A stretch of 20,000 bases of DNA from an uncultured virus (IMG/VR IMGVR_UViG_3300049215_000844) (lineage: Duplodnaviria; Heunggongvirae; Uroviricota; Caudoviricetes), in the IMG/VR virus record IMGVR_UViG_3300049215_000844; one strand, written 5' to 3'. Positions 1-9,013 of the stretch are shown piece by piece. The position numbers and the translations under genes were made by a program. Below the pieces are notes generated by a model that did no database searches, was not told where the DNA came from, and was given only the letters and a program-made list of their open reading frames with translations. Numbering within the stretch: the first letter of the stretch is position 1; each line of letters begins with the position of its first letter.

Positions 1-1
1 G

Positions 2-70
2 AAGGCCGGCGTTGCGATCGACATGACACCGAAGCCCGAACCGAAGGTCGACGCCAAGCCCAAGGAGTAG
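2..70 (+). CDS. 3' end of an upstream head-associated gene (partial)
   Basis: Frame 2 reads KAGVAIDMTPKPEPKVDAKPKE* with TAG at 68-70. Its last codons supply AAGGAG, the RBS of the next gene. Confidence 0.55.
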   Translation, partial: KAGVAIDMTPKPEPKVDAKPKE

Positions 71-73
71 CGC

Positions 74-448
74 GTGGCCGACACCACCTGGCGCGACCTG
101 GCCAACCTGGTCGACGGCGAGGTCGTGTCGGCCTTCGACGAGACGGGTGTCGAGCTGCAAAAGATGGCGAACGGCGTCGCGCAGGGGGCGCCGATTCCCT
201 TGCCGTGCGAGTTCGAGCCCGCCTATGTCGACGAGCGCCTGGTGGACGGCCAGGTGGTGAGCACGACCCGGCCGGCGGCCTGGTTGCACAATGACGACCT
301 CGCCAAGGCGGCCACGACGGTCGCGGTCAATGATCGGCTGATCCTGACGATCGGCCCGAGCGCCGGAACCTATACCGTCGACTCGCTCGAGCCGAACAAC
401 GACCGCACCGGCGTCATGCTGCGGCTCAAGGTGTCCAAGACGTCGTAA
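74..448 (+). CDS. Head-tail joining/head-closure protein (lambda gpFII-like)
   Basis: 124 aa, GTG start after AAGGAG. Pattern 'F..AY...STTRP..W...D...DRL....YTV...EP....G.MLRL' resembles FII-like proteins, and it lies just before the tail genes. Confidence 0.7.
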   Translation: MADTTWRDLANLVDGEVVSAFDETGVELQKMANGVAQGAPIPLPCEFEPAYVDERLVDGQVVSTTRPAAWLHNDDLAKAATTVAVNDRLILTIGPSAGTYTVDSLEPNNDRTGVMLRLKVSKTS

Positions 449-469
449 TCGCCGGACCAGGAGCGACCG

Positions 470-1072
470 ATGCCGCCACCGCCGCCCCTCTTTTACGGCG
501 AGACGCTGGCGCAGGAGGCGATCACGCGAGTCCAGGCCGCGATCGCGGCCGCCCCGGCCGGGAGCGCCTTCGTCGGCCTCTATTTCATGCAGAACCGCTG
601 GCAGGAAGTGCCCGACGGCACCCTGAAAGCGCTCTCCATTCACTTCGCCGGCGAGCGCGGCGCCGGCATGAACCGGCACATCCCGCAGTTCGAGCTCACC
701 AGCTCGCTGCACATCAACGCCTACGCCGCGGTCGGCCGCGAGGACGGCGTCAATCCCGACGTCCTGTCGTCGCAAATCGCGCGCGCGGTGCTCGAGCTCT
801 TGCTCGAGGACACGACCTACCTGCAGCTCTTCGCCTGGGTCGAGGATTACGACTTCGAGAAGGCGGACGCCACGATCGGCAAGGACGCCACGCGCTACGA
901 CTCGGTGGTCTTCACCATCAAGCTCGAGCTCAAGGGCGGCCAGACGATCTACGCGCCGGCCGTGCCGGCCGCGGCGACGCCGCTGCAGGTCGTCGACACG
1001 CAACTGACGCCGACCATCGACGGCGAGGCGGCCGATATCATGGTCGAGCAGGAAATCGAGCTGCCGCAATAG
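470..1072 (+). CDS. Tail terminator/tail completion protein (lambda gpU / Mu gp37-like position)
   Basis: 200 aa, RBS AGGAG. N-terminal helix then an alpha/beta pattern; located between head closure and the sheath module. Confidence 0.55.
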   Translation: MPPPPPLFYGETLAQEAITRVQAAIAAAPAGSAFVGLYFMQNRWQEVPDGTLKALSIHFAGERGAGMNRHIPQFELTSSLHINAYAAVGREDGVNPDVLSSQIARAVLELLLEDTTYLQLFAWVEDYDFEKADATIGKDATRYDSVVFTIKLELKGGQTIYAPAVPAAATPLQVVDTQLTPTIDGEAADIMVEQEIELPQ

Positions 1073-1082
1073 ACGAGGTCCC

Positions 1083-1316
1083 ATGCTCAAGAAGTATTTC
1101 ACGCCCGGTACGACGACGATCGACGGCAAGGTCGTGCCGCTGAAAATCCCGCACCCGCAAACCCGCAATATCGTGCCGGAAGAGGGCATGTGGGTCGCGG
1201 ACAATCCGTACTGGCATCGCCTGGTGGCGAGCGGCGACGGCACCCTGGCCGACACAGCGCCGTCAGGCAGCGATGGCGCGATGGCGCCGGCGCCGGAAGG
1301 GCCCACCACCACCTGA
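1083..1316 (+). CDS. DUF2635 / Mu gp38-like small tail protein
   Basis: 77 aa with 'PHPQTRNIVPEEGMWVADNPYWHRLVASGD', which matches the 'P.EG..V....YW.RR...GDV' pattern; immediately upstream of the sheath. Confidence 0.85.
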   Translation: MLKKYFTPGTTTIDGKVVPLKIPHPQTRNIVPEEGMWVADNPYWHRLVASGDGTLADTAPSGSDGAMAPAPEGPTTT

Positions 1317-1363
1317 CGAGCGTGCCCGGCGCGCGCGGTTCAACCCCTTGAGAGGATTTCGCC

Positions 1364-2881
1364 ATGTTGGACATTCCCTTCAACCAGATCCCGAGCGCGC
1401 TGCGTCTGCCGGGGGCCTTCATCGAAATCGACGCCTCCAGGGCCGGCCGCTCGTTCGACCCGGGGCGGTGCCTCCTGATCGGCCAGGCCTCGGCGATCGC
1501 CTTGCCGGCGGTGGCGAACACGCCGCTGCCGATCGGCTCGAAGAACGACGCCGACGCCGCCTTCGGCGCGGGTTCGATCCTCTCGAACATGGTGGCCGCC
1601 TGGCGCGCGGCCGACCCGTTCGGCCTCATCAATTGCCTGCCGATCGCCGACGCCGGCGGCGGCGTGGCCGCGACCGGCACCATCACCGTGACCGCCGCGG
1701 CGACCGGTCCGGGCTCCATCCCGATCTATGTCGGCGACACCAAGGTGCTGGTGGCGGTGGCCGGCACCGAGACGATCAACCAGACGGCGACGGCGATCGC
1801 GGCGGCGATCAACGCCAACCCCGACCTGCCGGTGACGGCGGCCGCGGTCAACGCGGTGGTGACGCTCACGGCGCGGAACAAGGGCACGCTGGGCAACGAT
1901 ATCCAGCTCGCGCTCGCCTATCTCGGCGCGCCGGCAGGCGAGGTCCTGCCGCCGACCTTCGCCGCGGCAATCGTCGCCATGGGCGGCGCCGTCGCCGGCG
2001 TCAACGACCCGGATATCACGGCCGCGCTCGCCAACCTGGGCGACACCACCTACGACTACATCGTCATGGCGTTCACCGACGCCACGAACATGACGGCCGC
2101 GGCCAACTTCATGAACGCCGCGACCGAGGGGCGCTGGGCCTACGACAAGATGCTGTGGGGTCATGTCTTCACCGTCAAGCGCGCGACCTACGCCAACCTG
2201 GTGACCTACGGCCTCGGCCGCAACGATCCGCACATTTCGGTGCTCGGCGTCTACCAGACGCAGACCACGATTTGGAAATGGATCGCCGCCGCAGTCGGCG
2301 TCTCGGCCATCGCGCTGCGCAACGATCCGGCGCGCCCGGTCCAGGGCATCCAGATCCCCGGCGTCATGGCGCCGCCGATCGGCTCGGCGGGCCTGTTCAC
2401 CAAGACCGAGCGGCAGGCGCTTCTCTGGTCCGGCATCTCGACCTACACGGTCGACCAGTACGGCAACTGCTACGTCGAGCGCCTGATTTCGACCTACCAG
2501 CTCAACCAGAACGACATCCCGGACGACGCCTGGCTGTCGGTCGAGAAGAACTTCACGCTGATGGCGGTCAACCGCCGCCTGCGCGCCAACCTGCTGGCCG
2601 ACTTCCCGCGCTACAAGCTGGCGGCTGACGGCACGCGCATCGCGCCCGGCGCGGCCGTCACCACGCCCGGCAAGCTGCGCGGCTGGCTCGTCGCGCAACT
2701 GCGCATCATGGAAGAGCGTGACGGCTGGCTGCAGAACGTCGACGCCTTCAAGGACCAGGTGCTCGTCCAGATCAACGGCAATAACCCGGACCGGGTCGAC
2801 ATGCTGTTCCCTCCCTCGCTCATCGGCCAGCTCCGCACCTTCGCGGTGCTCAACCAGTTCCATATCTACCCGACACCGTAG
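1364..2881 (+). CDS. Tail sheath protein (Mu gpL-like)
   Basis: 505 aa. N-terminus 'IPFNQIPSALRLPGAFIEID', 'FGAGS', 'DPARP', 'FPRYKLAADGTR', C-terminal 'NPDRVDMLFPPSLIGQLRTFA'. Confidence 0.95.
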   Translation: MLDIPFNQIPSALRLPGAFIEIDASRAGRSFDPGRCLLIGQASAIALPAVANTPLPIGSKNDADAAFGAGSILSNMVAAWRAADPFGLINCLPIADAGGGVAATGTITVTAAATGPGSIPIYVGDTKVLVAVAGTETINQTATAIAAAINANPDLPVTAAAVNAVVTLTARNKGTLGNDIQLALAYLGAPAGEVLPPTFAAAIVAMGGAVAGVNDPDITAALANLGDTTYDYIVMAFTDATNMTAAANFMNAATEGRWAYDKMLWGHVFTVKRATYANLVTYGLGRNDPHISVLGVYQTQTTIWKWIAAAVGVSAIALRNDPARPVQGIQIPGVMAPPIGSAGLFTKTERQALLWSGISTYTVDQYGNCYVERLISTYQLNQNDIPDDAWLSVEKNFTLMAVNRRLRANLLADFPRYKLAADGTRIAPGAAVTTPGKLRGWLVAQLRIMEERDGWLQNVDAFKDQVLVQINGNNPDRVDMLFPPSLIGQLRTFAVLNQFHIYPTP

Positions 2882-2892
2882 CCGCCGCCGGC

Positions 2893-2971
2893 GGCGGCCG
2901 AGGCGCAATCGGCCGCCTCCCCCGAACGCCGTTCGCCCGCCCTTACCCCCGGGCGGCGGCGTTCGGGGTTT
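2893..2971 (+). promoter_or_regulatory. Tandem stem-loops in the sheath-tube intergenic region
   Basis: GGCGGCCGA (2893-2901) pairs with TCGGCCGCC (2909-2917). CCCCGAACGCCG (2920-2931) pairs with CGGCGTTCGGGG (2957-2968), with an inner CGCCCG/CGGGCG stem, followed by TTT. Confidence 0.6.
2920..2938. repeat. Dispersed palindromic motif, copy 1: CCCCGAAC-GCC-GTTCGCCC
   Basis: Shares the core CCGAAC-N3-GTTCG with copies at 6071, 9341, 16616 and 18701. Confidence 0.8.
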
Positions 2972-2999
2972 CCATTCGTCTTTCCCAGGAGAGTGAACG

Positions 3000-3377
3000 A
3001 TGTCCACCACCAAGCCCATCGGCGGCTATGGCGACGTGAGCTACAACGGCAACGTGCTGCCGTTTCTCGGGTCGCTGACCTGGAATTTCCAGCAATTCAA
3101 GAGCACGGCCGTGGCGGGCCGCGACGGCCGCATTCACGGCAGCCGGCTCGAGCCCAGCGTGCCCTATATCGAGGGCGAGTTTTCCTTCGACGGCAGCTAC
3201 ACCACCGCCGCCCTCGAGGCGATCGCCGACGCCACCATCTCGGTGACGCTCGCCACCAAAATGCAGCTGGTGCTGCGCGGCGCCAAGGTCGCCGGCGAAA
3301 TCGCCCCCGAGGGCGACGACGGCAAGGTCAAGCTGCGCTTCGAGGGCACCGGCGGCGACGAGCTCCAGCCCGCTTGA
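3000..3377 (+). CDS. Tail tube protein (Mu gpM-like)
   Basis: 125 aa, RBS AGGAGAG. Contains 'GRDGRIHG...P.VPYIEG' and C-terminal 'DGKVKLRFEG'; follows the sheath. Confidence 0.92.
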   Translation: MSTTKPIGGYGDVSYNGNVLPFLGSLTWNFQQFKSTAVAGRDGRIHGSRLEPSVPYIEGEFSFDGSYTTAALEAIADATISVTLATKMQLVLRGAKVAGEIAPEGDDGKVKLRFEGTGGDELQPA

Positions 3378-3406
3378 TCGCCTGAAACCCGCAAGAGAGA
3401 AGACGC

Positions 3407-3766
3407 ATGACCGACTCGACGTCCGACAGGCCCGACGACCAGCGCGCCGCGGCCTTTGTCATTCCGCCGGAAATCACCGTGCCGCTGAAAGTGACGGTGA
3501 AGAAGGCCGGCGCCAATGGCGAGGAATACAGCGAGCTGCACTTCACGGCGCCGACCATCGGCCAGCTCAAACAGGTCGAGGCGCGCTCCAAGAGCCAGGG
3601 CGACGCTGCCGCCAACATCCTGCTGTTGTCGCTTTGCAACGCCAGGACCGAGAAGCTCTCGCCCGTCGAGGTCGAGGCGATGAACGCCATCGACTTCCAG
3701 ATTTGCATCGAGGCGCTGTCCCCTTTTTTGCTGCTCAAGCGGCGTTCGGCGGAGTCCAACGACTGA
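3407..3766 (+). CDS. Tail assembly chaperone (Mu gp41 / P2 gpE-like)
   Basis: 119 aa between tube and tape measure. 'EL.F.APTIGQL' and 'LSPVEVEAMNAIDF...L..F' are typical of this chaperone family. Confidence 0.85.
   Translation: MTDSTSDRPDDQRAAAFVIPPEITVPLKVTVKKAGANGEEYSELHFTAPTIGQLKQVEARSKSQGDAAANILLLSLCNARTEKLSPVEVEAMNAIDFQICIEALSPFLLLKRRSAESND
3721..3730 (+). other. Programmed -1 ribosomal frameshift slippery site (C CCT TTT TTG)
   Basis: Two overlapping in-frame X XXY YYZ heptamers (CCCTTTT and TTTTTTG, the latter as in P2 gene E). The -1 frame stays open to TGA at 3898-3900. Confidence 0.85.
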
Positions 3767-3900
3767 CCGAGCTCGTCCACGAGCTCGCCTATGTCTGGCG
3801 CCAGCCAGTGCAGGTCGTCTGGGAGTGTCCCGTCGATCAATTCCAGGGCTGGTACGCCGACCTCGATCGCGTGATCGAGAAATACAAGCCCGGGGGCTGA
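3727..3900 (+). CDS. Frameshift extension of the chaperone (P2 gpE' / lambda T-like); fused product 3407..3900 is about 164 aa
   Basis: The -1 frame encodes ...LVHELAYVWRQPVQVVWECPVDQFQGWYADL..., resembling gpE' 'IA..FHW.P......L.....W'. It fills the gap up to the tape measure start. Confidence 0.8.
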   Translation, partial: FAAQAAFGGVQRLTELVHELAYVWRQPVQVVWECPVDQFQGWYADLDRVIEKYKPGG

Positions 3901-3904
3901 GCCA

Positions 3905-5614
3905 ATGGCCGGTTATTCCGTCTTCACCAAGATCGTGGGCGAAGACGGCCTGTCCGAAGTCTTTCGCAAGGTGTCGAACGCGGCGACCACTGCATTCAAG
4001 CCGGTGCAGGCCTTCAACAAGGCCGTCGGCGAGCCCAGGACGACGGCCTTGGGCAAGGTCGGCAGTGCGGTCGATTGGGTGTCCGGCAGGTTCCGCGCCG
4101 GCCTCGCATCGATCTCGACATGGCTGCCGGCGTTGGGCGCGCTCGGTTCGGCCGCGACCTTGGGCGGCCTCATCGCCATGACGCACAGCTCGGCCGAGGC
4201 CTTCGAGGGCCTCACGCTCTCGGCCGAGAAGCTCGGCGTCTCAGTGAAGGACCTCGCCGCCTGGCGCTATGGCGCCAAGATGATGGGCGTCGAGGGAGAG
4301 GCGCTCGACAAGGGACTGGTGCGCCTGAAAAAGAACCTCTACGACGCCGCCACCGGCAAGAACAAGGACGTCGCGGCCCTCTTCGTGGCCATGAAAATGC
4401 CGATGCGCGACGCCACCGGGCATGTGCGCGCCCTCGATTCCTCACTCGAGGACATTGCCGAGGCGTTCAAGAACACGACGGACGAGGAAGTGAAGAATCG
4501 CGCCGCCCTTGCCCTGTTCGGCAAGGCAGGCGCCGATCTCATTCCGTTTCTGAACAAGGGCCGCGACGGGATTCGGCAGTGGCGCGAAGAGCAGGAGCGG
4601 TATTTCGGACTCACGAAAGAAGATGCTGAGAACCTCGACAAGCTCGGCGGCGCCTACAAACACCTGGATCTCGCGGGCGCCGGCCTGTCGCGCAAGCTGT
4701 CGGCGGTGTTCGCGCCGGCGCTTCTCAAGGTCGTCGCCGGGACGACCGACTGGATTGTCGCCAATCGTGACCTGATCGCGCAGTCGCTCGACCACCGGCT
4801 TGAGAAGATCGGTCGCATGTTCTCGGTCGTGGGCGAAGCCGCCGGCAAGGTGGCCTCCGCACTTGGCATCGACAGCTGGTGGCGGAGTGCCGATGCCGCG
4901 ACGGTCGTCGACCTCGCCTTCGGCGCGCTTGGCATCACCATGGCGGGGCCGCTGTTTTCGGCGCTGCAACTCGTGACCGCGCAAATGTTGCGCATGAATC
5001 TTGCGATGTTGCGGAACCCATTGGTCGCCGGCGCCGTCGTCGCGGTCGGCGCCGCTGTCGAAATCGTGCAGCATTGGAATGAGGTCAAACAGGTCTTTGC
5101 CGACGCCTGGAAGAGCGCGGGCCTGCTCGGCGTTGCCTTCGAGGCGATCAATGTGCCGGTGAACGCCCTCTATATGGCGATCAATGGCCTGACGAAGGCG
5201 CTCTTTAGCATCGACCTTGATAAATGGGGCGACTGGTTCGAGGGCGTGTTCAATCGTGTCTTCGATGCAGCGATCGGTAAACTGGAGCGATTCCGCGCCT
5301 GGATCCGCGACGTCTTCAGCCCGGTCGTCAGTGCGCTCGAGTGGGTCGACCGGCACACCGCGCCGGCTCTGTCGACGGCGCCGGCGGGCTACGACGGCAC
5401 GGTCGACAACTATCGCGCGAGCTTCGCCAACCGGCTGCCGTCGAACGATCCGCTGGCCGCGGCTGTAAACGCCGCAGCGCCGCCGCAGAGGCTCGATGTC
5501 GTGCTGTCGGGTGAGGTCAATGTGCCCCCGGGCAGCACGATCAAAGCGACGACCAAGGTCGGCGGCCAGCGCACCACGGCCGAGGTCGGCTATTCCATGC
5601 TGGACGGCATCTGA
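3905..5614 (+). CDS. Tail tape measure protein
   Basis: 569 aa, Ala/Leu-rich and helical, with 'ALALFGKAGADLIPFLNKG', a hydrophobic central stretch and Trp/Phe periodicity; canonical position. Confidence 0.9.
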   Translation: MAGYSVFTKIVGEDGLSEVFRKVSNAATTAFKPVQAFNKAVGEPRTTALGKVGSAVDWVSGRFRAGLASISTWLPALGALGSAATLGGLIAMTHSSAEAFEGLTLSAEKLGVSVKDLAAWRYGAKMMGVEGEALDKGLVRLKKNLYDAATGKNKDVAALFVAMKMPMRDATGHVRALDSSLEDIAEAFKNTTDEEVKNRAALALFGKAGADLIPFLNKGRDGIRQWREEQERYFGLTKEDAENLDKLGGAYKHLDLAGAGLSRKLSAVFAPALLKVVAGTTDWIVANRDLIAQSLDHRLEKIGRMFSVVGEAAGKVASALGIDSWWRSADAATVVDLAFGALGITMAGPLFSALQLVTAQMLRMNLAMLRNPLVAGAVVAVGAAVEIVQHWNEVKQVFADAWKSAGLLGVAFEAINVPVNALYMAINGLTKALFSIDLDKWGDWFEGVFNRVFDAAIGKLERFRAWIRDVFSPVVSALEWVDRHTAPALSTAPAGYDGTVDNYRASFANRLPSNDPLAAAVNAAAPPQRLDVVLSGEVNVPPGSTIKATTKVGGQRTTAEVGYSMLDGI

Positions 5615-5616
5615 CC

Positions 5617-6894
5617 ATGGCGCTTCGCTTCAATCCGCTGACCGCGCTCGAGGGGAGCTTCCGCGGCTTCCCGTTCCTGATTTCGCGCGATCGCCGGCCC
5701 GGCGGCCAGCGCGGCCCGCTGCACGAGTATCCGCAGCGCGACGTGCCGTATTTCCAGGCGCTTGGCCGCAAGGGCAAGCGCTGGGAGCTCACGGTCTACT
5801 TTATCGGCGTGGCCGGCGACCGGACCGGCTCGACCGCCGATATCCAGGCCGCGGGCTTCGAGGCGCTGCTCGACCAGGGCAAGCCCGGCACGCTGGTGCT
5901 GCCCGGCCTGCAACGGGTCCAGGCCTATGCCCAGTCCTGGGAGCCCGAGCGCTCGAGCGACAAGGCGGGCTGGGTCGGCGTCCACGTCGTCTTCGTCGAG
6001 GCCGGCCGCAACCAGTATCCGTCGTCGCAGACGAGCTGGCCACATACCCTGCTCGCGGCGGCGCTGGCCGCCCGAACGGCGTTCGGGGCGGCCCTCGCCG
6101 GCGGCCTGGCGATCGACGGGTTGCCGCTCAGTGTGCAGGACGCCTTGAGCGGCTCGGCCGAAGCGCTGGCCTATACGCTCGACATCGCCGCGCAGCTCGC
6201 CAGCAGCGGCTCGGCGCCCTCGAGCGTGCTCGCCGCCGCCGGCGTGCTCACCGCCGGCTTCCTGGCGGCGCTGCCGACCGACGCGGCGCCTGTCCTCGAC
6301 GTCGCCGCGCTCGCTGCGGCGACGGTGTCCCTGCTTTCGGGCTGGACCGACGCGCTCACCACCATCTCGCCCGACGACGCGAGCCGCGCGCAGGCGATCG
6401 ACGCGCTGTTTACCGTCTATGGCGAGGCCTCGTCCGAGGCCTGGTACGCGCCGGCCGGACAGAGCCCGACCGAGGCCGCGGCGATCGCCAACCAGGCCGC
6501 CTTCTCGGCGGCGGTGCGCCGCCTCGCGCTCACTGAGGCGGCGCGCGTCGCCGCGAGTCTCAACTTCTCGAGCTACGACGACGCGGTCGCCCTGCGCGCC
6601 CGCTTCGCCGATGCCTTCGACGAGGAGGTTAACCAGGCGTCCGGCGTCGACGGTTCGCGCGAGGCGCTGGCCGACCTGCAGGCCAATACCCTGCTGGCAA
6701 TCTCCGAGGCCGGCGCCGACAAGGCGCGGCTCACGCCTTACACCGTGCCGCAACCGCGCAGCGCGATCGGCCTGGCGCAACTCTTCTATCCCGGTGACCC
6801 CGACGTCGCCTCGCGCGCCGCCGAGCTCGCGCAGCGCAACGGCGTTGTCCATCCCAGCTTCATGCCGGCCGCGGGCGAACGCCTGTCGGCCTGA
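5617..6894 (+). CDS. Mu gpN-like DNA circularization / tail protein
   Basis: N-terminal 'GSFRGFPF...GGQRGPLHEYPQRDVPYFQALGRK...GTLVLPGL' and C-terminal 'LA...Y......RAAELAQRNGVVHPSFMP'. Confidence 0.92.
   Translation: MALRFNPLTALEGSFRGFPFLISRDRRPGGQRGPLHEYPQRDVPYFQALGRKGKRWELTVYFIGVAGDRTGSTADIQAAGFEALLDQGKPGTLVLPGLQRVQAYAQSWEPERSSDKAGWVGVHVVFVEAGRNQYPSSQTSWPHTLLAAALAARTAFGAALAGGLAIDGLPLSVQDALSGSAEALAYTLDIAAQLASSGSAPSSVLAAAGVLTAGFLAALPTDAAPVLDVAALAAATVSLLSGWTDALTTISPDDASRAQAIDALFTVYGEASSEAWYAPAGQSPTEAAAIANQAAFSAAVRRLALTEAARVAASLNFSSYDDAVALRARFADAFDEEVNQASGVDGSREALADLQANTLLAISEAGADKARLTPYTVPQPRSAIGLAQLFYPGDPDVASRAAELAQRNGVVHPSFMPAAGERLSA
6071..6087. repeat. Dispersed palindromic motif, copy 2 (inverted, inside the gpN-like CDS): CCCGAAC-GGC-GTTCGGG
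   Basis: Perfect 7-bp arms. Encodes A-R-T-A-F-G using CGA and GGG codons. Confidence 0.8.
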
Positions 6895-6908
6895 CCTCGA
6901 GGGCCGCC

Positions 6909-8039
6909 ATGATCGACCGCGACTCCACGTTGACGATCGTGGTGGGCGGTCAAAGTTTCGGCGGCTGGAAGGAGGTCCGCGTGACGCGCGGCATAGAGCG
7001 CGCCGCCGGCGACTTCGATATCGGCTGCACTCAGCGCTGGCCGGGCCAGGACGCGCGCTTCGAGATCGCCGAGGGTTCGAGCTGCGAGGTCTGGATCGGC
7101 AGCGACAAGGTGTTGACCGGCTACGTTGACGCGATCGACACCGAGTACGACGCCGACAACGCCGCCTGCCGCATCGTTGGCCGCAGCAAGACGTGCGACC
7201 TGGTCGACTGCTCGCCGAATTTCGACCAGCTCGAATATGCTGGCCTCGACCTAGCGGCCGTCGCCCGCAAGATTTGCGCGCCCTTCGGCATCGACGTGGT
7301 CGCCTCCGATACCGGTCCGGTCTACGCCGTCGCCGCCGCGCACCATGGCGAGACGGCATGGAAGCTCATCGAGCGCCTGGCGCGGCAGCGCAAGATGCTG
7401 GTCATGGACGACGAGCAGGGTCGCCTCGTGCTGGCGCAGCTCGCCAACCAGCGGGCGGACGACGTCCTGGTCTTCCCCTCCGATGGCCTCAAGCGGCTGC
7501 AGACGAAGCGCGATTCCTCGAAGCGCTTCTCCGAGTATGTCGTCAAGGCGCAAGCCGGCGCACGCTGGCTCGGCGCCGGAACCTCGGACGGCACCGACCC
7601 GTCAATCCCCAGCACCCTGGCGCATGTCGAGGGCGCCTTCTACGACCGCGGCGTCACGCGCTACCGTCCCAAGACCGTCCTGAGCACCGGCGCCGCCAAG
7701 AAGGAAGGTGTGCTGGCCAGGGCGGAATGGGAGGCGCGGCGGGCGATCGGCAAGGCCCTGCGCGTCGGCGCGACCCGGCCGGAATGGCGCCAGGCCTCGA
7801 GTGGTGCGTTGTGGCGGCCGAACCTTCTTCTTCCGGTGACGGTGCCGCACGCCAATGTCGACGAGCAGCTCGCGATCGCCGAGGTGCATTACATCCTGAA
7901 CGACCAGGCCGGCCTGGTGACCGAGCTCGAGCTCGCCCCGCCCGACGCCTTCACCCCCGAGCCGCCCGACGCGCCCGGCGGCGGCGACCAGACGGGGCGC
8001 TGGGCGGGTATGGGCAACACGATCGCGGAGAATCCATGA
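6909..8039 (+). CDS. Baseplate hub protein (Mu gp44/gpP-like)
   Basis: 'GWKEVRVTRGIERAAGDF', 'TGYVD', 'GRSKTCDLVDCS', 'GET', 'RFSEY.V', 'RYRP', 'RAEWE', 'LWRPN'. Confidence 0.93.
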   Translation: MIDRDSTLTIVVGGQSFGGWKEVRVTRGIERAAGDFDIGCTQRWPGQDARFEIAEGSSCEVWIGSDKVLTGYVDAIDTEYDADNAACRIVGRSKTCDLVDCSPNFDQLEYAGLDLAAVARKICAPFGIDVVASDTGPVYAVAAAHHGETAWKLIERLARQRKMLVMDDEQGRLVLAQLANQRADDVLVFPSDGLKRLQTKRDSSKRFSEYVVKAQAGARWLGAGTSDGTDPSIPSTLAHVEGAFYDRGVTRYRPKTVLSTGAAKKEGVLARAEWEARRAIGKALRVGATRPEWRQASSGALWRPNLLLPVTVPHANVDEQLAIAEVHYILNDQAGLVTELELAPPDAFTPEPPDAPGGGDQTGRWAGMGNTIAENP

Positions 8040-8533
8040 GCGCCGACCTCGAGCGTCGCCTGGCTTCGCTGTTTTCGCGCGGCGTGGTGCGCCATGCCGA
8101 CATAGCGGCCGGCCTTGCCGCGCCGCAGGCCGAGTTCTTCAAGAACGAGGTCCGCCGCGTCGAGCTCGCGCAGGGCTACGGCTTTGCCTCGGCGGTTTTG
8201 CCGGGCGCCGAGGTCTTCGCGGCATTCGCCGGCGGCGAGCGCGACGCCGGCGTGGCGCTGGCCTTCGACGATCGGCGATACCGGCCGCTCGACCTCGCGC
8301 CCGGCGAGACCGCGCTCTACGGCAAGGGCGTGCGCGCCGCGCCGAACCGGCATTGGGTGCTGACGACAGACCGGCCGAAGCCAGGCACGATCAAGGTGCA
8401 GGTCTCGCGGCTCGAGCTGCGCGCGGGGCAATACTACGTCCTGCTCGACAGCGAGCCGGCGATCGGCGCCCAGAAGGGAATCCACGACCCGGCCGCCGAC
8501 CTGCCGCTCAATCCCGGCGGGGCGCCGCTATGA
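8036..8533 (+). CDS. Baseplate central spike (Mu gp45-like)
   Basis: The true start is the ATG at 8036 (ATGA overlap), not 7193; 165 aa. 'VELAQGYGFAS...GAE....GGER......DDRRYRPLDLAPGETALY' is the gp45 signature. Confidence 0.9.
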   Translation: MSADLERRLASLFSRGVVRHADIAAGLAAPQAEFFKNEVRRVELAQGYGFASAVLPGAEVFAAFAGGERDAGVALAFDDRRYRPLDLAPGETALYGKGVRAAPNRHWVLTTDRPKPGTIKVQVSRLELRAGQYYVLLDSEPAIGAQKGIHDPAADLPLNPGGAPL

Positions 8534-9000
8534 ATTTCGTCTATGACCAGAACAGCGGGGAGTTCGACCTGGTGACCACCGCGCAAGGTGGCCTGGACTC
8601 GGGTATCGGCAACGGCGGCCGCCTCGGCTCGCTTATCTGGTGCGCGCTGTTCAGCGACGGCCTGGTCGACCCGGAAGAGGTCCCGGTCGAGCTCGGCACC
8701 GATCGCCGCGGCTGGTGGGGCGATTCCGGCCTGGTGCCGTCCGACCAGCTCGCCCGCAGCAAGCTGTGGATCTTCGCCCGCTCGAAGGCCAACGAGGCGA
8801 CGCGGCTGGCGATCCAGAACACGGCCGAGGATAGCCTGCAGCCGCTCATCGACGACGGCTTCTTCTCGAAGATCGACGTCGCGGTGACGTTCCTGCCGGC
8901 GCCGCTCGAGGGCGTCCGAATCCGGCTCAAGTCCTACGAGCCCGCCGGCGCGGTGCGCAACTGGCAGGCCGATATGTTGTGGGCCGGCGTGGCCGGTTGA
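8530..9000 (+). CDS. Baseplate protein (Mu gp46-like)
   Basis: ATG at 8530 (ATGA overlap); 156 aa. 'ALFSD', 'DRRGWWGD', 'SKLW...RSK', 'LQPLIDDG'. Confidence 0.92.
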   Translation: MNFVYDQNSGEFDLVTTAQGGLDSGIGNGGRLGSLIWCALFSDGLVDPEEVPVELGTDRRGWWGDSGLVPSDQLARSKLWIFARSKANEATRLAIQNTAEDSLQPLIDDGFFSKIDVAVTFLPAPLEGVRIRLKSYEPAGAVRNWQADMLWAGVAG

Positions 9001-9013
9001 TGGGGGAGACGTC

